The position numbers were made by a program, and so were the translations under genes. The notes beneath the pieces were generated by a model. That model had not been told where the DNA came from. It worked only from the letters and a program-made list of their open reading frames with translations, and did not search any database. From NCBI GenBank assembly GCA_963727625.1, contig CAVSHR010000012.1:352001-416000 (forward strand): DNA of 64,000 nucleotides, read 5' to 3'. Numbering within the stretch: position 1 is the stretch's first letter; each line of letters opens with the position of its first letter. Below are positions 56,749 to 64,000 of this stretch, piece after piece. This stretch comes from an uncultured delta proteobacterium. Its GTDB lineage: Bacteria > Desulfobacterota > Binatia > UBA9968.

Positions 56749-57186
56749 GTGCGCTTTTACTTTTATTTACGACTAACTTGTGAACATCAAAGAGCGCCCT
56801 GCAATTCTGCCGATAGTCAGATTATCAAACGGCGCCGAAGTACGACACGATCAATAGTGTTGCTTAATTAAATGCCCGTCAAACCAGGAGCAGCGCAGAA
56901 GTCAAAAACCCATATCTCCATGGACATAGCGCTCGGAGAACGATTTTCCCAACTTATCGATCGCGGCGGAACATGACTAGGCGTGGTTACGATCCCGCGG
57001 CGAGAAGCTTTAAGTACCACGGCGGTGAGCGAATCAGGGTTTGTGGCCACTGATTTAGCCCTTTTGAAAATTTTCTAGCTGATCAAGTTGAGCATCCAAT
57101 CGGTACAACTCTTGACCGCCATCCCAACAAGGATGGCAGTTACGAGCCGGGAAATTACCCATGGTAAACGCCTAAAGAGCAAACGT

Positions 57187-57787
57187 TAAGCCGAAGTTTG
57201 CTGATTCCCGTACTAACTGCTTGGGATGGAGATATCGAATGGTGCCATCCCCAGCCGGCTCGCCAGTTCAAGATTGCCGGCACGGTCGTCAATAAAGAGA
57301 GATTCGTTGGTTCCGCGCTGAGTCACGTTGAGGGCAGCCGATAAATTCTGGGGTCCGGCTTGCGCAACCCGAGAAAGCAGGAGCTGAAAAACGCCGTAAA
57401 ATAGAGGTGCAAATGGTAGTGCTCGATGCGATAGCGACTGAGTTCCAGCGATTCATTGTTAATAGTGCACAGCAAATACCTTCCGGTCTCTGCTATGCGG
57501 TTAAGTAGGGTTAAAACTTCGGTTTGGGCCGAGATTGATCAAACATCAATTTCTGGAATTCTTCTACCGTGAATTGTCGGAACACGTGAAATACCGCGGC
57601 TCGTAAATACTCCGCAAGGTCGACCTCTCCCCTCTCGAAAGCAGCGGCGAGCAAAGTATGTCGCTTCTGGAATTCATTCCAATCGAGACCAAAGTATCGA
57701 GGCGCACGGCTTCGTGATTCGTGGTCCCACGCGTTGGTTAGAACAACCTTCTCCGACGTTCCAGAATAATGTGGTAATTTTGCTCAT
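57187..57787 (-). pseudogene. Frameshifted HAD-family phosphatase
   Basis: Pieces MSKITTLFW.VG / VLTNAWDH, TINNESLEL, FFSSCFLGLRKPDP, LFIDDR..NL in different frames. Confidence 0.7.
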
Positions 57788-57861
57788 CAAAATTTTTTAT
57801 TTAGCCGTGTATGATCGTACTTCAGTCGCTCGGCGAGAACTGTGCGGCGATATCATATGAA

Positions 57862-57887
57862 CTACCCCGCAGCAAGCTACGGGGTAT
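57862..57887. repeat. REP-like hairpin
   Basis: taccccgcagc-aa-gctacggggta imperfect palindrome. Confidence 0.55.
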
Positions 57888-57925
57888 CAAAAATAGCGGA
57901 ATCACTTCAAAACATTTTATCTTAT

Positions 57926-57996
57926 CGCGCCAAGACGCCAAGAGCGCTAAGAAAAAAATGACCCTAATTCTCCGAACTTGGCGTGCTACGCGTCGC
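57926..57996. repeat. Degenerate copy of the 3660-3764 inverted-repeat element
   Basis: cgcgccaagacgccaagagcgctaag ... cttggcgtgctacgcgtcgc. Confidence 0.55.
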
Positions 57997-58104
57997 GTGT
58001 CGGGCAGAGTCATTCCCGAATCTCGCGATCCGTCGAGCGGGATCATAACTTTGTCGTAAACTCCCAATCTCCTTGATTTCAATTCAACCTCAGCCCCCGT
58101 TGAC

Positions 58105-58416
58105 TTACTCGTGGGCGACCAAATAGACCTCTCGTTTTGGAGACTGCGTGAGCAATCCGGACATGCTCTTGGTCCAGAGCTGATCATCGGGACTTTCGGT
58201 CAGTTGAGTGATCTGGCCTTGGACCTCGCCAAGGGATTTTGCTTCTTGCTCAAAAATCACATCCGGTGCGCCTAGCGAAGCAAAATGACTATGTAAAATT
58301 CTTGGCTGAGAGCCGCCGGCCGCTGTTACAAGTTCGCATAACTTTTTGAGCCGCTCTTCGACCTGCCCGGTTTTTCCGGGATTCGTATTGATCGAATAGT
58401 GCGGGAAAAAGCGCAA
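58105..58416 (-). CDS. Hypothetical protein (dimeric alpha+beta barrel-like), start uncertain or damaged
   Basis: Protein-like pattern YSINTNPGK...HFASLGAPDVIFEQE...W...MS.LL..SPKREVY. Confidence 0.5.
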   Translation of the reverse strand: MRFFPHYSINTNPGKTGQVEERLKKLCELVTAAGGSQPRILHSHFASLGAPDVIFEQEAKSLGEVQGQITQLTESPDDQLWTKSMSGLLTQSPKREVYLVAHE

Positions 58417-59153
58417 ATTGGTTCCCGCCGAAAGAGAATGAACGATTCAGGTCTAAATCCGGGTGGGAGGAAAGACAGCGGTAAGAGCCTCGGGAAATCC
58501 TTGAACCCATCGACGACCGCGATCGGAATGTCAGACACCCTTTTTTTGATCTCGGTCATCAGCCGCAGCCAAAATTCAGCTTCCTCGCGTTTTCAGCTTG
58601 GATGGAAAACCCAAAGCGTCTTTGCGGTTACCGGCCGGTAAATATTATCGGGCTAAGCTCGTTTCGAATCGGCGCCCTTGCACGGACGCTAGCACCGTTG
58701 TGCGCCCACCCGCGCCGAACCGGATCTCTTGAGCGCCTAGCTCTCGTCATCGTTCTCCGGCTGCATAGTCGAGTGAAACGTTAGCACAATCGGGTCGATG
58801 AAATCGGCGGAGCGATGAGCCCATGCTAACCACTCGGAAAGGTCGGGGGCTTTGCTGTCGTTTTTTGAAGTCTTGCAATTGAATTTCATGTCGAATAGCG
58901 GTGCTCGGTTGCTCGTCAAATCGGAGAAGAAACCATTTCATTTAAGCCGTTAATCGCTAAACTGTTAACCGCCAAGGCTGAGTGGCGCGATCCAGAGCGT
59001 CCGGATCACGCCGTTGGTTGGGCAGCCGAGTCAACACCTTCTTTTTCTTCCGCCATTAGCGAAACTGGCGTTGCACATACAGCGAAATTCCCGCGACTGC
59101 GAAATGGCCGTCGTTCACGACGGTAAATGACTGTTTTTTTCGACGCTGCAATA

Positions 59154-59169
59154 TGGCGCAACATTTGCT
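59154..59169 (+). promoter_or_regulatory. sigma-54 promoter outside the main island, with one palindrome copy at 59088
   Basis: TGGCGCAACATTTGCT; TTCCCG-CGAC-TGCGAA at 59088-59103. Confidence 0.62.
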
Positions 59170-59232
59170 TATTTGGTTTTGGCGGGTACGTGAGCCATTC
59201 AGTTCGATGCCGGCACAAGGAGACTGAAAACC

Positions 59233-59616
59233 ATGAGAAGAAGAGAGATGCTCTCCGTGATAGTGGGCGCACTTATACTGTTCTCTTCGAGCTGCGTCGT
59301 TGCGGAAAGACCGGGAGGCCGGCGTTTGGAAACCTACTATTACTATCCCGACGCCGAAATCTACTACTATCCGCGCGTGACAAGATATTATTGGTATGAC
59401 CGCGGCGCGTGGAGAAACGGTCCCAAGCCGCCGCCGCGCTTCGTGCTCAGAGATCGCGACAGGGTGCGAATCGATTCAGACCATGAACCGTACAGGGATC
59501 ACGACAAATACAGGAAGTCTTACCCGCCGGGCCGTCATGATCGAGATGACAGAGGTGAACGGAGAGATGACAGGAGAAACGACGGGAACGATGACCGAAG
59601 ACCGGCCAGGAGATAA
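59233..59616 (+). CDS. Lipoprotein with YYYYP motif and Arg/Asp-rich tail
   Basis: SSSC lipobox, YYYYPDAEIYY...YYWYDRGAW; AGGAG RBS. Confidence 0.78.
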   Translation: MRRREMLSVIVGALILFSSSCVVAERPGGRRLETYYYYPDAEIYYYPRVTRYYWYDRGAWRNGPKPPPRFVLRDRDRVRIDSDHEPYRDHDKYRKSYPPGRHDRDDRGERRDDRRNDGNDDRRPARR

Positions 59617-59689
59617 CGCCGCGCTACTTAAAAAACGGGGGAATAAAATAGCGACAAAAGCGACGGGCTAGATATCTCCGTTTACAGCC

Positions 59690-59875
59690 GACCCGGGAGC
59701 GGCCATCGGCGCCGCGGCCGGAGCAGCCGGGGGCGCGGTCGGCGGGGCGGTTGCCGGTGTCACGTGCGGCTTGATTCACGGCCTCACCGCAAGCAAGGGC
59801 CGAGTCCAGTTTACAAGAACTTCGTCAACCCCCGCCGGCGCGAGAAGGGGGTACGATCGCATCGGCTGCCAATAA
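59690..59875 (+). pseudogene. Glycine-zipper lipoprotein remnant
   Basis: GAAIGAAAGAAGGAVGGAV ... PSPVYKNFVN ... EKG in shifting frames; no start. Confidence 0.5.
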
Positions 59876-60355
59876 CCGCCGGGCTTACGACAAAATCAAG
59901 ATGAAGCACTTGCCCCCGATGATTTTGCTGCCTTCGCCTCATTTCAGGAACGCAACGACCCGGACAACGACTGCGATGAGTCCTACGCCCGCACCGGTCA
60001 CGGCCGAGATCGTCAGCGATTTTTGCACGGTTTGAAGAACCGTTTCGGTGAGGTTCAGCTTGTCGTTTATTTTTCCGGATTGGCTGTGACCTGTAATTCT
60101 ATCGCCTTTTTTAAATCATCCAGTTGATTCTGAGACCCGGCCCCAGGTTTTCAAAGTGTCGCCGATTCATTTCCGAAAATTGTCGATGGATTCATTGACC
60201 GCAGGGGTGATCATGGCTAGTTGGATCAGAAGTTCAGCAATGGATGGGAGTGGCAACGTCATGATTCCCTTTTCATCCCCTTTTAGAGATATCCCCGTTT
60301 CCTCTCCTTTGAGTTGACTCCGCGAACGAAAATCCGAAATTAAGATTCAAGCAGA

Positions 60356-60691
60356 CTAGTGATACATGGGCCTTCGATCTCTCAGCGCCAGCCAACCGCG
60401 AGCGATCCGGTAGATCGCCCAGACGCCGGCCGCAAAAAAAATCCCCAACGAAAAAGGAATCCCCACTAAAGTAACGAACAGCATGCCGGCGATTACGCAC
60501 CACAGGAGCGAGAACCAGAACGTCCGGATTTGCCGGCGAAAGTGGGACTCGAGGAAGCTGTCTCTCGCTTCTCCCCCCTTTACGTAGTTGACGACGACGG
60601 CAATGATCGAGGGCACACCGAAAACGAAGGCGCCGATAATGGTCGCAGCTCTCGTCAAGCCGATGGAGCAAGAAAAAGTCTCCCGGTACAT
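60356..60691 (-). pseudogene. DUF4870-like membrane protein, N-terminally truncated
   Basis: IIAVVVNYVK...FLESHFRRQIRTFW...WAIYRIARGW; first TM missing and repeat-rich DNA lies upstream. Confidence 0.6.
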
Positions 60692-60769
60692 TTTCTCATG
60701 TTAGAACGTTTCGACATTTAGAGAATTCTCGAAACGTGGACGTCCCCCTCCGCATCTGACCTTGACCCC

Positions 60770-60920
60770 TTGAACGTTTGAACCGCCGCAAGGCATTGAA
60801 CAGAGAGCAGCGGTTGAACTGCTTGACCGTAGCGATTGGAACGACCGGGTTCCGACTGTCGCCTAAGGGCTCATGCCTACATGAGAGCGAAGCGATGGAA
60901 CGACTCGAACGTTTGCAACC
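60770..60920 (+). repeat. (T/G)GAAC 9-bp-period repeat cluster
   Basis: ttgaacgtttgaac, ttgaactgcttgacc, tggaacgactcgaacgtttgcaac. Confidence 0.5.
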
Positions 60921-60948
60921 GGCCGCGCTAGCGCTCAGACCGCTCAGC

Positions 60949-61599
60949 TCACGGCGTCGACTGATCTCGCGCGGCCAATTCGTTTGGGTTCTCAGAATCA
61001 GCAAGGTATTCGAGCCGGACGGTGGTTATTCCCTGCTCCACCATGCCTAACGCCCTTGCCGCGGCCAGGGAGACGTCGATAATACGACCCTTCACAAACG
61101 GGCCGCGATCATTAATCCGCACGTCAACCGATTTCCCATTGGCTAGATTGGTGACTTTCACTCGACTACCCCAGGGGAGATTTCGATGAGCAGCGGTGAA
61201 TTTCTCCTGCTTAAAAACTTCTCCGCTCGCGGTGCGCTTGTTGTGAAATTTAGGCCCGTACCACGAGGCCAGACCCGTCTCCCTCAGCGTTGGCTGCGCA
61301 GGGGCGGGAATCTTTGCGATCGGCGGGGCGTGTCCGGTTTCCGGCGGGGAAGGAACTTCGACTACCGGCGGAGCCTCACGCGGCGAGAGAGGGATCGGAC
61401 GATTGTCGTTGAAGGGACTGCCGGCTTGGGACTCCGAAGGCAAGACTCCGCGTGTCGACAGCGCACGGTTAGGCGCATCCGAGACGATGCCGCAACCTTG
61501 AGAGGAGATTAGCGCCGCCATCAGGATCCAGGCGTTTACCCGCCACCCTGAGGCCGCCAGTTGGAGAAGTGACGATGATCTTCGAAATAAAGATTGCAT
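60949..61599 (-). CDS. rlpA: Septal ring lytic transglycosylase RlpA family lipoprotein
   Basis: GLASWYG..FH...TASGE, TAAHRNLP, VRINDRGPF..GRIIDVS; start uncertain. Confidence 0.92.
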   Translation of the reverse strand: MQSLFRRSSSLLQLAASGWRVNAWILMAALISSQGCGIVSDAPNRALSTRGVLPSESQAGSPFNDNRPIPLSPREAPPVVEVPSPPETGHAPPIAKIPAPAQPTLRETGLASWYGPKFHNKRTASGEVFKQEKFTAAHRNLPWGSRVKVTNLANGKSVDVRINDRGPFVKGRIIDVSLAAARALGMVEQGITTVRLEYLADSENPNELAARDQSTP

Positions 61600-62320
61600 G
61601 GGTCACCGCGAAGCTTATCTTCAGCAATGACCATGCCCTCAAAACGCCATGTGACAGCGGTTGCAACAAGGCCCCAAAGAGCCGCAAACGGCGCATCAGA
61701 CGACAGACGGACAGCGACAATCGTATCCGCTCGTACAACCGCGTACGAAAATGTCCTTTTCAATTATGTTGGAGTACCAAGGGATTTGAGTGACAAGGAA
61801 GATTCCTCAGCGCAAGGCGTCGCGCTTCAAGTGATTTAAAGGCCGGCTGGCTTACGGCGGCTACCGCCTGCTTTGAAAATGTTCGATTTGCTGATCTGGC
61901 CGGACTCCCGTGCGTTAGCTTTGACTGTCGCAGCGGGAAGTTTGAGGACGAGTCACCTTGCGATGCTTACGAGCAGAATGAACACAGTCCCGTCACAACA
62001 TTTGCGAATGAAACCGTCACAATCCGGCTCGCGAAATTTGAACATCAAAAGTAAACCCGCGACCCTTTAGACTCACTTGCGTATGACAAGAGTACACTTG
62101 CAAACCTGACCCCAACGCTTCTCTCAATTAATAAAGCACCCCAAGCATTCCGCGCGACACTTTTATTTCTTTTGAACGAGCGTGACTCGTTAACGACGGG
62201 AACCTAGCGAGGCGATGGAACCCTTGGAACGTCTGAAAGGCTTGGAACCGTCGGCGATTTACTTTTGCCGGTTGCCCATTGCCCGTTGTGATCTTGCTTG
62301 ACGAAGATCCGATCCATGGC

Positions 62321-62941
62321 TCACTTAGTTTTGTGCTGCGCCTCGGGTCCCTTGTAGACCATGTCGACCTCCATCACTTCATAGGAGGCGACGAATTTGT
62401 TATCAAAAGCCCGTCCGCAATAGTGGGTAGGCCGAAGGTTCTCGAGAATCGCGTAGCCATGTTGATCGATGCAGTCCGCATTGACGGAGGCGGCGACAAC
62501 TTCTCCCATCACGGTGAGCCGATGCAGCCACTCTTTGGTCCAGATGACTTTGCACTCGTAATGGGCTTTGCATTCTTCGATGCGCGGCGGATTTAAAGCC
62601 CTTGCCGGGATCGCCGTCAGGCCGGCCTTCTCGAGTTCGTTGACTCCTCGGGCAAACGGGAGGCCCACGACTCTCACTTTCTCGAGAATTTCCCTGTCAA
62701 AGGATGGGATGTTTACGACGAACTCTTCGGTCGCCAACACGTTGTGGTACGTATCCTTGCCTATTTCGACGGTGAACGAGATACAGGTGGGCTCATGATT
62801 CTGCCGGACGCAGGTCGCGAATGAAGCCGCATTGACTCGCCCCTGCTCATCGACCGTTGTGATCATGACGGCGCACGCTACCGGGGAATACAGCCTATCC
62901 CAATGTTCATACGGCACATCGACTTTCGAAATCTTGGCCAT
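62321..62941 (-). CDS. Flavin reductase-like (DIM6/NTAB) FMN-binding protein
   Basis: ITTVDEQGRVNAA, KDTYHNV..T.EFVVNI, PPRIEECKAHYEC; GGGAG RBS before ATG 62941. Confidence 0.88.
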   Translation of the reverse strand: MAKISKVDVPYEHWDRLYSPVACAVMITTVDEQGRVNAASFATCVRQNHEPTCISFTVEIGKDTYHNVLATEEFVVNIPSFDREILEKVRVVGLPFARGVNELEKAGLTAIPARALNPPRIEECKAHYECKVIWTKEWLHRLTVMGEVVAASVNADCIDQHGYAILENLRPTHYCGRAFDNKFVASYEVMEVDMVYKGPEAQHKTK

Positions 62942-63359
62942 GATTTTAATCTCCCGTGGCGGCAAGTTCGCAGCATGCGAAGGGTGCGTACTGTCTCGTC
63001 ACGCCCCGCTGTTCAATTGTGCCACCAACCGATCCGTGGTGAATTGGATCATAGGGAATGATTTGGAAGTTTGTCAAGATTCGATGTCCGACAAGCCGAG
63101 GTCGACGCAGACTTAAGCCTGATGGATGCTCTGTGGGATGGCAAAAATTCCAAGCTTTTCGGCTTGATATTCAAGGGTTCAAGGACACCTTCGGAGAGTG
63201 GGACTTCCATCAGGTTAGGTCCGGGATGGAAAGCAGTGGGTTGCGAGACTTCCTGAAAGGCGGGAGCAATGGCTGGGTTGTAAGACTTGAGAGCGGCGCG
63301 CGGCGTATTCACTGAGGCAGGTAGAATCAAGGGACCTAAAGCGTTAGACTGTAGGACAT

Positions 63360-63712
63360 GGGGGCGAAATGGGTTCGACGGGGGTAGGAAGTCAAAGTGG
63401 CATGCCGGGGTTCTGTTATCCCGTTAAACAAACAGACTGCAAACTTAAACGCAGATAATTTTGAATACGCCCTAGCTGCCTAATCGCAGTTAGCGTCTTA
63501 CCGGCTTTCTCCCACGGGGTTGGATAAGACGTCATTCAGTGGGATGGGCCGATTCTCCTGCCGGAGGGGATGAGGCCGAGATCCAAACCGGATAGCTCCG
63601 AGAGACCCAGCCGTTGGGGGCTCGACGAGCGAGATCAAAACAGCGGCTAAGCATGTAGTCATATTTGATGGAAGACCTTCGGACGGGGGTTCGATTCCCC
63701 CCGCCTCCACCA
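63360..63712 (+). ncRNA. ssrA: tmRNA; tag peptide (A)DNFEYALAA at 63451-63483
   Basis: 5' GGGGGCGAAATGGGTTCGAC, 3' T-arm GGGTTCGATTCCC and CGCCTCCACCA; acceptor stem pairs with a G-U; tag ends YALAA*. Confidence 0.97.
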
Positions 63713-64000
63713 ATCAGTTTCACCGCTAACGCCTTGTCTTTCCGAGGCTTTCGGGTCGATCACCGATAGGCCGCGACCGCTCCTTACCAGGAAAATGTTC
63801 CTGTTTTGTGCCAGGTTCGCGGCCAAAGCAGGCGGTTCTTGAGTTTCCTTCACGCCGGTTTCACGGTCCTTGACGGCGGCTTCCAACGCTTCGCCCAGCT
63901 TGTCCATTGCGCTCGCTTTATGCGCCGGGGCTAGGTGAGAGTACCGCAGCGTCATTTCGATTTCCCTATGGCCAAGGATTTCTTTTACCGTGGCCAAATC
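63659..64000 (-). mobile_element. C-terminal part of a tyrosine integrase; end of an element integrated at the tmRNA 3' end
   Basis: DLATVKEILGHREIEMTLRYSHL (LGH...Y catalytic box), directed toward ssrA; rest lies outside the window. Confidence 0.85.

Noticed and set aside
57535-57549. FNR/FixK-like box TTGAT-N5-ATCAA
   Set aside because: Spacer is 5 rather than 4, and it lies inside a pseudogene. I noticed no canonical FNR boxes in island promoters.
63498-63723. ORFs MVEAGGIEPPS... and MKLIGGGGGNRTPV...
   Set aside because: Typical spurious translations antisense to tmRNA.
1-64000. CRISPR array, rRNA or tRNA genes
   Set aside because: No regularly spaced repeat-spacer array or rRNA seen; the only tRNA-like structure is the tmRNA.

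Overview
GC-rich bacterial DNA. The dispersed repeat types and small conserved ORFs suggest a deltaproteobacteria-like lineage such as Ca. Binatia (inference only). About 0.6-54 kb forms one coherent stress/low-oxygen gene island. It encodes 4 USPs, 3 CBS proteins, Hsp20-Lon, an archaeal-like DnaK with MacAB-TolC, archease-RtcB, archaeal-type SAM synthetase, PncB plus a PRTase, class II ribonucleotide reductase, HPF-CSD, a baeRF/host-attachment protein, ElaB, DksA-like proteins, several di-iron and c-heme proteins and an AEP primase. At its centre is a GAF/multi-PAS histidine kinase with a FixL-like heme-PAS segment, next to a sigma-54 enhancer-binding response regulator. Reading the intergenic DNA, I find 21 correctly spaced sigma-54 -24/-12 elements in the island and 13 pairs of a degenerate palindrome (about TTCKCR-N4-TGMRAA) spaced 31-32 bp apart. 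The gene content closely parallels the Mycobacterium DosR dormancy regulon but appears to be wired through sigma-54. The last ~10 kb is a decayed region with pseudogenes and repeats, plus rlpA, a flavin reductase, tmRNA and the 3' end of a tyrosine integrase inserted at ssrA. All family calls come from motif recognition by eye; no searches were run.
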